From the NCBI GenBank assembly GCA_964528445.1, contig CAZGSL010000001.1, positions 82,530 through 114,529 of the forward strand: a DNA stretch of 32,000 nt, read 5' to 3'. Made by a program: the position numbers and the translations under genes. A model generated the notes under the pieces. It made no database searches and had not been told where the DNA came from. It saw only the letters and a list, made by a program, of their open reading frames with translations. Shown here piece after piece: positions 1 to 9,425 of the stretch. The stretch is from an uncultured Balneolaceae bacterium (GTDB taxonomy: Bacteria; Bacteroidota; Rhodothermia; Balneolales; Balneolaceae). The stretch's first letter is position 1, and every line of letters starts with the position of its first letter.

Positions 1-1
1 C

Positions 2-304
2 AAGAACCTGAATCCCGACGACCTGGTGGGAGGCACCATTACCCTTACCAATTACGGGAGCGTGGGCAACCTGATGGGAACGCCCATCATCAACCAGCCC
101 CAGGTCGCCATCATGGGTACGGGCGTTATCGAAAAACGGCCCGTTGTGATGGAAACCGACGCGGGCGATGTCATCGCCATCCGGCACATGATGTACCTCT
201 CCATGAGCTACGACCACCGGATTATCGACGGCGCGCACGGCGGCGCCTTTCTCAACCGTGTTAAGGAGCTGCTCGAGGGATTCGACCCGGACCGCGCGGT
301 ATGA
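2..304 (+). CDS. 2-oxoacid dehydrogenase dihydrolipoamide acyltransferase (E2), C-terminal fragment; starts before the window
   Basis: Frame is open from base 2 (KNLNPDDLVGGTITLTNYG...). Contains the E2 catalytic-domain end 'SYDHRIIDGAHGGAFLNRVKELL' (DHRIIDG motif). Confidence 0.93.
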   Translation, partial: KNLNPDDLVGGTITLTNYGSVGNLMGTPIINQPQVAIMGTGVIEKRPVVMETDAGDVIAIRHMMYLSMSYDHRIIDGAHGGAFLNRVKELLEGFDPDRAV

Positions 305-418
305 CCGTGCCGGCGGTTCCGGAGAGAGTCGCCTGATCGATATGCGCGCGTTCCACCAAATTTTCCTTCTTACCGTGAGACGGCATGATCCTTTGTGCCG
401 CTTTTTTTATGCCACGTC

Positions 419-1273
419 ATGGAACTTCACCAAACCATAGAAGAGATTCGAGAGCAGGTTTCCCGGTACCGGGACAAGGGGCTCCGGGTGGGATTCGTCC
501 CCACCATGGGGGCCCTGCACGAGGGACACCTCTCCCTGTTCCGCCTGGCGGCGGAGAAGACCGACCGTGTGGTTGCCTCGGTCTATGTAAACCCGGAGCA
601 GTTTGCCCCCGGCGAGGATTACGAGACCTACCCGAGGGACCTGGAAGGGGATATGGAGAAGGCCGCCGAGAACGGCGTGGATACCGTTTTCGCGCCGGAC
701 GACGAAGTGATGTACGGCGATCGGAATTACCTCAGCATCGAGATCGAGGAGCTGAACCGCTACATGGACGGCGGCTCCCGTCCCGGCTTTTTCGAAGGCA
801 TCCTGCTGGTGGTCAACAAGCTGTTCAATATCGTGCAGCCTGACCTGGCGGTGTTCGGGCAGAAGGACCTCCAGCAGTTCCGGATACTCCAGCAGATGGT
901 CCGCGAGTTCAACCATCCGGTGGAGCTGGTCATGGGGCCCATCATCCGGGCCGGCGACGGACTGGCGCTCAGCAGCCGGAATGCCTACCTGGACGACCGC
1001 CAGCGGGCGCTCGCCCCCTCCCTGTACCGCTCCCTGACGTATATCGCCGGACAGATAAGGGATGGCGTGAGGAAACCCCGCCTGCTGATCGAGCACCAGA
1101 AATCGGAACTGGAGGCGAAAGGGTTTGAAATTGATTATCTTAACCTGTTTGATTTTGCGAAGATGCGACCCGTGGAGGAGGCGGAAAGAGGCCAGAAATA
1201 CATCCTGGCCGGCGCCGTTTACCTGGGGGAGACCCGTTTGATCGACAACATGATTCTGGAAATTGATTCCTGA
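419..1273 (+). CDS. panC: pantoate--beta-alanine ligase (pantothenate synthetase)
   Basis: Protein 'VGFVPTMGALHEGHLSLFRLAAEKTDRVVASVYVNPEQFAPGEDYETYPRD' and 'AVFGQKDLQQFRILQQMV' are diagnostic of PanC. The track start at 395 is GTG; ATG 419 (MELHQTIEEI) is the more likely start. Confidence 0.95.
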   Translation: MELHQTIEEIREQVSRYRDKGLRVGFVPTMGALHEGHLSLFRLAAEKTDRVVASVYVNPEQFAPGEDYETYPRDLEGDMEKAAENGVDTVFAPDDEVMYGDRNYLSIEIEELNRYMDGGSRPGFFEGILLVVNKLFNIVQPDLAVFGQKDLQQFRILQQMVREFNHPVELVMGPIIRAGDGLALSSRNAYLDDRQRALAPSLYRSLTYIAGQIRDGVRKPRLLIEHQKSELEAKGFEIDYLNLFDFAKMRPVEEAERGQKYILAGAVYLGETRLIDNMILEIDS

Positions 1274-1279
1274 TGCCGT

Positions 1280-1714
1280 ATGAAACTTTCCATGTTTAAA
1301 TCCAAGCTGCACCAGCTCAGGGTGACCGAGGCCAATCTCCACTACGAGGGAAGCATCACCCTCGACAGCGAGTTGCTGGAGGAGGCCGGAATTCTCCCCT
1401 ACGAAAAGGTGCAGGTGCTGAACATCACCAACGGTTCCCGACTGGAGACCTACACCATTCCGGGCGAAGCCGGCTCCCGGGTCTGCTGCCTGAACGGTGC
1501 GGCGGCGCGCCTGACCCAGGTGGGAGACCGCATTATCGTGATCGCCTACGCGGAGATGACGCCGGAGGAAGCGCGGCAGCACAAGCCGCGGGTCGTGGTG
1601 GTCGACGAGAACAACGATCCGAAGCGGGTGGTTGACGAGAGCGAATACGCCACGAAATACGATCTGGAGACCGGCCTGGTGGATAATTCGATGCTGGGAG
1701 AAACCGATGTTTAA
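1280..1714 (+). CDS. panD: aspartate 1-decarboxylase
   Basis: '[54 protein letters not shown]' includes the Gly-Ser self-processing site. Lies 6 nt after panC. Confidence 0.96.
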   Translation: MKLSMFKSKLHQLRVTEANLHYEGSITLDSELLEEAGILPYEKVQVLNITNGSRLETYTIPGEAGSRVCCLNGAAARLTQVGDRIIVIAYAEMTPEEARQHKPRVVVVDENNDPKRVVDESEYATKYDLETGLVDNSMLGETDV

Positions 1715-1924
1715 GAGCAGGTAATTTCTGTAATTATTTGTTAGGCTGGCATCTCGCTACGCAAAATGTTACAGCAATTGTAAAACTTTATAAGACAGCG
1801 TATCGTCGCGAAACAGAGAGCTTTACCTTACGTTTAGTTGCTACCCGGTACTGTTACGGAGACAATATAAAATTATCTTGATAGTTAAGCTTATAGTTTA
1901 ACGTCTCAAAAAAGTTCTGTCGTT

Positions 1925-3466
1925 ATGTCGAAAAAATACATCATACCCGGCGCGCTGGTTGCGTTGATTCTGGTAGCCTGGCTGGCTTTCGGGTCCGACT
2001 CTTCGGAAGAGAATACCATTTACGCCACTCCTCAGACCGGTCAGTTTGAAGTGACCATCTCCACGACCGGTGAGCTGCAGGCCAAAAATTCCACGAGCAT
2101 CCGCGGCCCGGAGGGAATGAGGGAGTACCGCATCTACAATGTCACCATACAGGATATTGTTCCCGAGGGTACGGTGGTTGAGCAGGGAGATTACGTGGCC
2201 GAACTTGACCGCTCGCAGGCCATGACCACCCTGCAGGATGCGGAATTGTCGCTGGAGGAGGAGCTGGCTGCCCTGGAAATCGCGCAGCTCGACAGCTCCC
2301 GCACCCTCTCCGACGCCCGCGATAATATTACGGATTTGGAGTACCAGCTGGAGGAAGCCCAGATTGCCCTGGAACAGTCGAAGTATGAGTCTCCCGCCGT
2401 GCAGCGCGAGGCGGAGATCAACCTGGACCGGGCCAAGCGTAACCTGGCGCAGGCGCAGCGGAATTTTGAACTCACGAAGAAGCAGGCCGAGGCCGAAATC
2501 AAGGAGATCCAGGCCGACGTCCAGGAGGAGCGGCAGGACGTCCAGCGCATCAAGGAGATCATGGACAACTTCACCATCTACGCCCCGGAGAACGGAATGG
2601 TGATCTACCGCCGGAACCGGGACGGCAGCAAGGTCCGCGAGGGCAGCGAATTGAGCGGCTGGGATCCCGTGGTGGCCGAGTTGCCGGACTTCAGCCAGAT
2701 GGAGTCTATTACGTATGTCAACGAAGTGGATATACAGAACGTCCGGCCCGGACAGCAGGTGGAGATCGGCCTGGACGCCATGCCGGAGAAGAGCCTGACC
2801 GGGGAGGTCAGCAGCGTGGCCAACATCGGCGAGCAGCGGCCCAACTCCAACTCGAAGGTATTCCAGGTGGTTATTGATATCCACCAGTCCGACTCCACGC
2901 TGCGTCCGGCGATGACCACCAGCAACCGGATACGGGTCAGTTCCGTAGACAGCGCGCTGTATGTGCCCCTCGAGACGGTCCATACCGACGACACCCTCAA
3001 TTACGTCTACAAGCGGAACGGACTTGAGACGGTCCGGCAGCAGGTGATCATGGGAATGATGAACGAGAACAATGTGGTAATTCACGCCGGCGTACAGCCC
3101 GACGACCGTCTCTATCTCTCCACCCCCGACGACACAGCCGGCATTCCCACCGAGCGGCTTCCCGACGACGTGCTGGAGGAGTACCGCGAGCAGATGGAAG
3201 AACAGGAGACGCTGGAGCCGCCCGTACAGGAGCAGGAACTCACGGGCGATCTGGATCAGATGCTCCAGCAGATGCCGGCCCAGATGAGGGACCGCATGGA
3301 GCAGATGCTGGAGAGCGGGCAGATCGATACCGCCGCCATACTGGACCGCATGAAACAGATGCAGCAGGGTGACATGCCGCAGATGCAACGCGGAAGTCAG
3401 CCGCCGGGAGGCGACGGTGACGGTCCCCCCTCCGGCGGAGGCAACCGGGACGGCGGAAACCGGTAG
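1925..3466 (+). CDS. HlyD/MacA-like periplasmic adaptor subunit of an efflux transporter
   Basis: N-terminal membrane anchor, biotinyl-lipoyl-like segment 'VPEGTVVEQGDYVAELD', long coiled coil, 'TIYAPENGMVIY', and location upstream of a MacB-like permease. Confidence 0.9.
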   Translation: MSKKYIIPGALVALILVAWLAFGSDSSEENTIYATPQTGQFEVTISTTGELQAKNSTSIRGPEGMREYRIYNVTIQDIVPEGTVVEQGDYVAELDRSQAMTTLQDAELSLEEELAALEIAQLDSSRTLSDARDNITDLEYQLEEAQIALEQSKYESPAVQREAEINLDRAKRNLAQAQRNFELTKKQAEAEIKEIQADVQEERQDVQRIKEIMDNFTIYAPENGMVIYRRNRDGSKVREGSELSGWDPVVAELPDFSQMESITYVNEVDIQNVRPGQQVEIGLDAMPEKSLTGEVSSVANIGEQRPNSNSKVFQVVIDIHQSDSTLRPAMTTSNRIRVSSVDSALYVPLETVHTDDTLNYVYKRNGLETVRQQVIMGMMNENNVVIHAGVQPDDRLYLSTPDDTAGIPTERLPDDVLEEYREQMEEQETLEPPVQEQELTGDLDQMLQQMPAQMRDRMEQMLESGQIDTAAILDRMKQMQQGDMPQMQRGSQPPGGDGDGPPSGGGNRDGGNR

Positions 3467-3510
3467 CACACTCCTCTCCACTACACATTTCAACCTGAAG
3501 AGAGACCACG

Positions 3511-4920
3511 TTGTTACAGAAGATACTTTACAACTTTGACATTGCTCTGGATGCCATTCGCCAGAATACCATGCGGAGCTTCCTGACCTCCCTGGGCATT
3601 ATTTTCGGGGTGGCCTCCGTAATCGCCATGCTGGCCATCGGGCGGGGTGCGCAGGAAGAGGTGCTGCAGCAGATGCAGCTGCTGGGTACCGACAACGTGA
3701 TCATCGAGACGGTCATGGAGCAGACCGAGGGAGAAGTGGAGGACGGAAGTACATCATCTGGCGAAAGCCAGCGGCGGTTTTCGCCGGGGCTGACTCTGGA
3801 GGATATGGAGAGTATCCAGAACGAAATTCCCCAGGTAAGCAACGTCACTCCCGAGATTATCTACGATACCTACTTTGTGCGTAACGGCCGCATGCGCACC
3901 GGCAAGCTGGTAGGGGTCAATAACCAGTATTTTGATATTAACAATTTTGAATTTGAGGAGGGCCGGCCGTTTACCGATCTGCAGATGCGCGAATCGGAGC
4001 CGGTCTGTGTCATCGGGTCCGACGTAAAGACCCGCTTTTTCGCCGGACAGGATCCCATCGGGAAGCAGATCAAGACCGGGGGACTCTGGATGACGGTTGT
4101 GGGAGTACTCGAGGAGCGGGAGATGAGCACGGAGAATATCGAGAACCTGGGCATCCGGAACTACAACCTGGACATCTACGCTCCGGCCACCTCCGTGCTG
4201 CTTCGGTACGGTAACAGGGCGGTGGTTACCCAGCAGGATATACAGGACGGGCAGTCGGAAGAGAACGGCGGCGGTCAGGTGGTTCAATTCGGCGGCGGCG
4301 GCAGCATTATGATTTCCGGCGGCGGCAACGTGGAATCGAGTTCTTCTTCCGACGACGAAATGAGCAACTATCACCAGCTTGACAAGCTTATCGTACAGGT
4401 AACGGATAACGCCTACAGCGTTCCCATCGCGGATATTCTACGGCGTATGCTGCAGCGGCGCCACAACGGGATCATCGACTTTGAGGTGATTGTCCCCGAG
4501 CTGCTGCTCCAGCAGGAACGGCGGACCCAGGAGATTTTCAATATCGTACTCTCCTCCATCGCGTCCATTGCCCTGATCGTGGGCGGTATCGGCATCATGA
4601 ACATCATGCTGGCGTCGGTGGTGGAACGTTACCGGGAGATCGGCGTTCGACGTGCGGTGGGAGCCCATAAAAAGGACATACAGCTCCAGTTCCTGACCGA
4701 GGCCCTCACCATCAGCATCAGCGGCGGCATGGTGGGTATTTTCCTGGGCATCGCGCTCAGTTACGTCATCGAGATTACGGCGGGCATCGTTACCATCGTG
4801 ACACTTTCATCCATTCTCATATCATTCGGGGTGGCCCTGGCCGTCGGAGTGATCTTCGGGTACGTACCCGCCCGCCGGGCCGCAGAACAGGATCCAGTAA
4901 ACGCTCTACGTCATGAATAA
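3511..4920 (+). CDS. MacB-like ABC transporter permease (permease part only, FtsX-type)
   Basis: 'ALDAIRQNTMRSFLTSLGIIFGVASVIAMLAIGRGAQEEVLQQMQLLGTDNVII' and C-terminal 'IGGIGIMNIMLASVVERYREIGVRRAVGAHKKDIQLQFLTEAL'. No Walker A/B ATPase domain. Apparent TTG start. Confidence 0.92.
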   Translation: MLQKILYNFDIALDAIRQNTMRSFLTSLGIIFGVASVIAMLAIGRGAQEEVLQQMQLLGTDNVIIETVMEQTEGEVEDGSTSSGESQRRFSPGLTLEDMESIQNEIPQVSNVTPEIIYDTYFVRNGRMRTGKLVGVNNQYFDINNFEFEEGRPFTDLQMRESEPVCVIGSDVKTRFFAGQDPIGKQIKTGGLWMTVVGVLEEREMSTENIENLGIRNYNLDIYAPATSVLLRYGNRAVVTQQDIQDGQSEENGGGQVVQFGGGGSIMISGGGNVESSSSSDDEMSNYHQLDKLIVQVTDNAYSVPIADILRRMLQRRHNGIIDFEVIVPELLLQQERRTQEIFNIVLSSIASIALIVGGIGIMNIMLASVVERYREIGVRRAVGAHKKDIQLQFLTEALTISISGGMVGIFLGIALSYVIEITAGIVTIVTLSSILISFGVALAVGVIFGYVPARRAAEQDPVNALRHE

Positions 4921-6403
4921 ACCAGTTACCTTACTCTTTCTCATTTTAATCACCGGTCTGGTCGGGGCGCATGCGGCCCACGCCCAGCAGGCGCAGGTTC
5001 AGGATCTGGGAACGCTCTCCCTGCAGGAGGCCATCGAAATTGCCCAGGAACAGAGTCCGCAGGCCCGGTCGGCGCGTTTCGGACTGATTGCCAGCCAGTG
5101 GCAGTACCGCTCCTATCGTGCCGACCTGCTGCCCAGCCTCTCGCTTTCAGGGGACGCGCCGAATTTCTCGCGCAGCATTATTTCCAACACCCTGGATGAC
5201 GGGACCGTTATCTTTCAGTCCCAGGTGCAGTCCCAGGCCTCGACGGAACTCTCCATTCAGCAGAATATTCCGTGGACCGGCGGTTCGCTCTTTGTCCAGT
5301 CGGGGCTGGAGCGGCTGGGAGTTTTCGGAGGTGAGAACTCCTATCTCTGGTCAAGCACGCCCCTGCTGGCCCGCTACTCCCAGCCCCTGTTCCAGTACAA
5401 CAGCCTGAAGTGGCAGCAGCGCATTCAGCCCCTTGAATACGAGATTGCCCGGAAGGAGTACGATCAGCAGATGGAGGCCATCGCCGAGCAGACTACCAAC
5501 AACTTTTTCCAGGTCTACCTGAGCCGTATCAACCTGGAGATCGCCGAATTCAACGTTCAGCGCAACGACTCCACCTACCAGATTTCGCAGGGCCGCTACG
5601 AGGTGGGAAGCATTACCGAGAACGAGCTGCTGCAGACCGAACTGCAGCTCAGCAACTCCCAGAGCGAGCTGACCAGCGCCCAGATCGAATACGAGCGGGC
5701 ATTGGACCAGTTCAAGATCTTCCTGGGATACCCGACCGACGTAACGGTGGATGAGCTGGAGCCCCCCACCGAGCTGCCGGATATCGAGGTGGATCTGCAG
5801 CGAGCCGTTGAGCTGGCTATGGAAAACAACAGCGAAGCGCTGGATTACCAGCTGGAGGAGCTCCAGGCGGATGCCAACTTTGCGCAGGCCAAAAGCCAGA
5901 GCAATTTCCAGTTTACCATCAACGCCACCTACGGCATTAACCAGACTGCCGCCGATTTCCAGGATCTCTATGTGAATCCCCAGGACCGGCAGTCGGTAAA
6001 CGTCAGTTTCCAGGTGCCTCTCTTCAACTGGGGCAAGGAGCGGGCAGAGGTTAACATGGCCCGCAACCAGCAGCAGCAGGTGCAGAGTGATATCCAGTTC
6101 CAGCGCCGGCAGTTTTTACAGGACGTGGAATACACCGTCCGGCAATTCTTGCAGCTGGAGGGACAGGTGCAGCGGGCCGCGCGTTCGGATACCATCGCCC
6201 AGCGCCGCTACGACGTGGCCCAGAATCACTACCTGATAGGGAATATCAGCATTACGGACCTCTTCATTGCGCAGAGCGAGCGGGATTCTGCGCGGAGGGC
6301 CTACATCAGCGCACTTCAGGATTTCTGGACCGGCCTCTACAACCTGCGGCGTCTTACCCTTTACGACTTCCGGCGCAACGAGCCCATCTCCCACGAGCTT
6401 TGA
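4913..6403 (+). CDS. TolC-like outer membrane efflux protein
   Basis: Signal-peptide-like N-terminus, long alpha-helical/coiled-coil repeats typical of outer-membrane efflux factors, overlaps permease stop by 8 nt. Confidence 0.9.
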   Translation: MNKPVTLLFLILITGLVGAHAAHAQQAQVQDLGTLSLQEAIEIAQEQSPQARSARFGLIASQWQYRSYRADLLPSLSLSGDAPNFSRSIISNTLDDGTVIFQSQVQSQASTELSIQQNIPWTGGSLFVQSGLERLGVFGGENSYLWSSTPLLARYSQPLFQYNSLKWQQRIQPLEYEIARKEYDQQMEAIAEQTTNNFFQVYLSRINLEIAEFNVQRNDSTYQISQGRYEVGSITENELLQTELQLSNSQSELTSAQIEYERALDQFKIFLGYPTDVTVDELEPPTELPDIEVDLQRAVELAMENNSEALDYQLEELQADANFAQAKSQSNFQFTINATYGINQTAADFQDLYVNPQDRQSVNVSFQVPLFNWGKERAEVNMARNQQQQVQSDIQFQRRQFLQDVEYTVRQFLQLEGQVQRAARSDTIAQRRYDVAQNHYLIGNISITDLFIAQSERDSARRAYISALQDFWTGLYNLRRLTLYDFRRNEPISHEL

Positions 6404-6428
6404 CCTTGCGTTCTTAATTCAGGCGGCT

Positions 6429-6496
6429 GGGAGGGGGATAAGCCTGTGGGATACTTAAAAAGTACTTTTTTGATCCCACAGGCTTATCCCCCTCCC
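6429..6496. repeat. Perfect 24-bp inverted repeat with 20-nt spacer (palindromic element)
   Basis: Left arm 6429-6452 GGGAGGGGGATAAGCCTGTGGGAT; right arm 6473-6496 ATCCCACAGGCTTATCCCCCTCCC is its exact reverse complement. The spacer contains the palindrome AAAAAGTACTTTTT (6457-6470). Confidence 0.95.
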
Positions 6497-6566
6497 TATA
6501 CTTGCGATTCAGGCGAAAGCTCCTAACTTTACGCGAAACGAAAACCGCGGGAAGAAGGGATGGATT

Positions 6567-7961
6567 ATGGACGAACAGGACAAGGACGGGAAATTGAAAT
6601 CCTCCGGCATGTCACGCAGGGATTTTCTGGGTACCTCCGCGCTTGCCGGAGCGGGATTCATGGTGGTTCCGCGACGCGTTCTGGGAGGAAGCGGGTATCG
6701 GGCTCCCAGCGATACGCTCAACATCGCCTCGGTCGGGGTGGGGGGAATGGGCGCGAACAACACCCAGGCCCTCTCCGATCTGGGAGAGAATATCTACGCG
6801 CTGTGTGACGTGGACGAAGAGTACGCCGCCGAAACGCTCTACAACTACCCGAAAGCCAAGAAGTATGTGGATTTCCGGGAGATGCTGGAGCAGGAGCCCG
6901 AAATTGACGCGGTGGTGGTAGCCACCCCCGATCACTCCCATGCTGCGATCGCCATCCAGGCCATGCAGGAGGGCAAACATGTCTTTGTGCAGAAGCCGCT
7001 GGCCCGCACCCTTTACGAAGCGCGGCGCATGAGGGAAGTGGCGGAGGAGACCGGCGTGGTGACCCAGATGGGAAACCAGGGTCACTGCTACGACGGCACA
7101 CGGAAGCTCGTAAACTGGATCCGCCAGGGAGCCATCGGTGAAGTCCGGAAAGTGGACTGCTGGACCAACCGCCCCACCGGTTTCTGGCCGCAGGGCGGGA
7201 CGGTGAGCCGCCCCGACGAAATTCCGGTTGTTCCCTATACCATGCACTGGGATCTCTGGATTGGACCCGCCTCCTACCGCCCCTACCATCCCGATTACGC
7301 GCCGTTTGCCTGGAGGGGACGCTGGGACTTCGGGAGCGGCGCGCTGGGTGACATGGGCGCCCATATCATGGACCAGCCCTTCTGGGCCCTGGAGCTTGGG
7401 AATCCCGATACGGTGCATGCCAGTCCCACACCTTTCAACGACGAGGCCTTCCCGGTGGGCTCAACCGTCTACTACCGCTTCCCGGAAAGGAACGGACGGC
7501 CGGCGGTGGACCTGACCTGGCACGACGGGGGCATCAAGCCGCCCCGTCCGGCAGAACTGCCTGACGAGGAGTCCCTCGGTTCCTGGGGCGGCGGCATGCT
7601 GTTTCACGGTTCGGAGGGAATGCTGCAGGCGGACGTGTACGGGAACAATCCCCGTTTCATACCCTCCTCGCTGGGAGACGAAGTGGGAGAGCCTGAGATG
7701 GAGATTCCCCTCTCGCCGGGCATTCACGAGGAGTTTGTCAACGCCTGCAAGGGAGAGGGGGAGGCCAGCTCCCACTTCGACTACGCGGCGCGGCTGACGG
7801 AGACGATGATGCTGGGCAATGTCGCCATCCAGTTCAGCGAACAGCCGATGAAACTCCGGTGGGATTCGGAAAACCTGAGGGTTCCCAACCTGGAGGAGGC
7901 CAACGAGTGGCTGGACGAGCGGAACAATTTTCGTCCCGGATGGAGGGAGCTGATCGGCTAG
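6567..7961 (+). CDS. Gfo/Idh/MocA family oxidoreductase with twin-arginine (Tat) signal
   Basis: 'MSRRDFLGTSALAGAGFMVVPRRVLGG' Tat signal; 'LNIASVGVGGMGANNTQALSDL...ALCDVDE'; 'VVVATPDHSHAAIAIQAMQEGKHVFVQKPLARTLYEARRM'. Confidence 0.93.
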   Translation: MDEQDKDGKLKSSGMSRRDFLGTSALAGAGFMVVPRRVLGGSGYRAPSDTLNIASVGVGGMGANNTQALSDLGENIYALCDVDEEYAAETLYNYPKAKKYVDFREMLEQEPEIDAVVVATPDHSHAAIAIQAMQEGKHVFVQKPLARTLYEARRMREVAEETGVVTQMGNQGHCYDGTRKLVNWIRQGAIGEVRKVDCWTNRPTGFWPQGGTVSRPDEIPVVPYTMHWDLWIGPASYRPYHPDYAPFAWRGRWDFGSGALGDMGAHIMDQPFWALELGNPDTVHASPTPFNDEAFPVGSTVYYRFPERNGRPAVDLTWHDGGIKPPRPAELPDEESLGSWGGGMLFHGSEGMLQADVYGNNPRFIPSSLGDEVGEPEMEIPLSPGIHEEFVNACKGEGEASSHFDYAARLTETMMLGNVAIQFSEQPMKLRWDSENLRVPNLEEANEWLDERNNFRPGWRELIG

Positions 7962-7975
7962 GTCCGGCGGACGAC

Positions 7976-9346
7976 TCAGGCGTACTCCGGCAGGCGGCGG
8001 AAAAATTCCGCGGAGGTTTCGATCCCCCGGTAGAAATCCTTGAGCGAGAACTTCTCGTTGGGAGAGTGAATGGCATCGCTGGTGAGGCCGAAGCCCATCA
8101 GTATGGACTGGGCTCCCAGCACCTTCTTGAAATCGGCCACGATGGGAATGGATCCCCCTTCCCGGGCATAGAGCGGCTCTTTGCCGTAGACCTCTTCGAA
8201 AGCGTCGGCTGCCGCCTTGAGGCCATAAAAGGAGAGATCGGTACTCGCCGGATGTCCCCCGTGATGCTCGGTCACCTCGACCTCCACCGTATCGGGAGCC
8301 AGTTCGTGGATGTATTCGGTAAAGAGGCGGGCGACGGTTTCGGGGTCCTGGTCAGGCACCAGGCGCATGCTGATCTTGGCCCCCGCCTTTGAGGGCAGAA
8401 CGGTCTTGGCCCCCTCTCCCTGGTAGCCGCTCCACATCCCGTTTACGTCGATCGAGGGGCGCGCGGTGGTCCGCTCCAGGGTGCTGTAGCCTTCCTCCCC
8501 GTTCAGGGCCTTGAGGCCCAGCTCCTTTTTGTAGGCCTCGGGGTCGAAGGGCAGTTTCGCGAAGGCTTCCCTCTCCTCATCGGTAATCGGTTTCACGTCG
8601 TCGTAGAATCCGGGTATCTGGATGACACCGGCTTCGTCTTTCAGCCGGGCGATCATCCCGGATAGCACCATGGCCGGGTTGTCCACCGCTCCGCCGTAAA
8701 CGCCCGAATGGAGATCCCGGTTGGGACCGGTAAGATTCACCTCCATATACGCAAGCCCCCGGAGTCCGTACGTCAGGGAGGGGGTATCCTCCGCGAACAT
8801 GGCGGTGTCGGAGATGACCACCATGTCGCACTCCAGCAGTTCCCGGTGCTCGGTAATAAAAGGCACGAGATGGGGAGAGCCGATCTCTTCCTCTCCCTCC
8901 AGGATGAATTTGATATTGACGGGGAAAGGGGTATCCGTCCTCCTGTACGCCTCAAGCGCCTTGCAGTGGGTAAACGACTGTCCCTTGTCGTCGCTCGCCC
9001 CGCGTGCATAGATCTTACCGTCGCGAAGCGTGGGTTCGAAAGGAGGTGTCTCCCAGAGGTCCAGCGGATCCGGGGGCTGTACGTCGTAATGGCCGTATAC
9101 CAGTACCGTAGGACGGTCGCTTCCGGTTGTCAGCTCACCGTATACAATCGGGTTGCCCTCGGTTTCAAAAAGCTCAACACGGTCGAGATCCAGCGATTCC
9201 AGCTGTTTTTCCCAGAACCTGGCCGCCTCCCGCACGTCGTCCCGGTGGCTGGAGTCCGTGCTTACACTGGGTATGCGAAGCAGTTCATAAAGTTCCTCCC
9301 GAAAACGGTCCCGATTGTCGCGGATGTATTTTTTGAAATCGGCCAT
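7976..9346 (-). CDS. M20 family dipeptidase/metallopeptidase
   Basis: 'RPTVLVYGHYDVQPPDPLDLWETPPFEPTLRDGKIYARGASDDKGQSFTHCKALEAY' and 'FILEGEEEIGSPHL' metal-site motifs. Confidence 0.94.
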   Translation of the reverse strand: MADFKKYIRDNRDRFREELYELLRIPSVSTDSSHRDDVREAARFWEKQLESLDLDRVELFETEGNPIVYGELTTGSDRPTVLVYGHYDVQPPDPLDLWETPPFEPTLRDGKIYARGASDDKGQSFTHCKALEAYRRTDTPFPVNIKFILEGEEEIGSPHLVPFITEHRELLECDMVVISDTAMFAEDTPSLTYGLRGLAYMEVNLTGPNRDLHSGVYGGAVDNPAMVLSGMIARLKDEAGVIQIPGFYDDVKPITDEEREAFAKLPFDPEAYKKELGLKALNGEEGYSTLERTTARPSIDVNGMWSGYQGEGAKTVLPSKAGAKISMRLVPDQDPETVARLFTEYIHELAPDTVEVEVTEHHGGHPASTDLSFYGLKAAADAFEEVYGKEPLYAREGGSIPIVADFKKVLGAQSILMGFGLTSDAIHSPNEKFSLKDFYRGIETSAEFFRRLPEYA

Positions 9347-9425
9347 GGGAAAAAAGCTGTTTGTGGTTTGGTAAGTGAGAAAGTAACAAAGCGCGGTCAG
9401 GCAGACAACGCCCGGTTTATGCGCG

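Noticed and set aside
1715-1924. Possible tRNA or small RNA in the AT-rich panD to HlyD gap
   Set aside because: No cloverleaf-like arrangement or T-psi-C-type sequence recognised; the region looks like a promoter-containing gap.
1898-3493. 531-aa minus-strand ORF antisense to the HlyD-like gene
   Set aside because: The plus-strand frame has clear adaptor homology; the antisense translation is compositionally biased with no recognisable domain.
6429-6496. Calling the 24-bp inverted repeat a rho-independent terminator
   Set aside because: No U-tract follows the stem in either orientation (TATACTTGCG on the plus side). The T-rich run is in the loop, so I list it as a repeat of unknown function.
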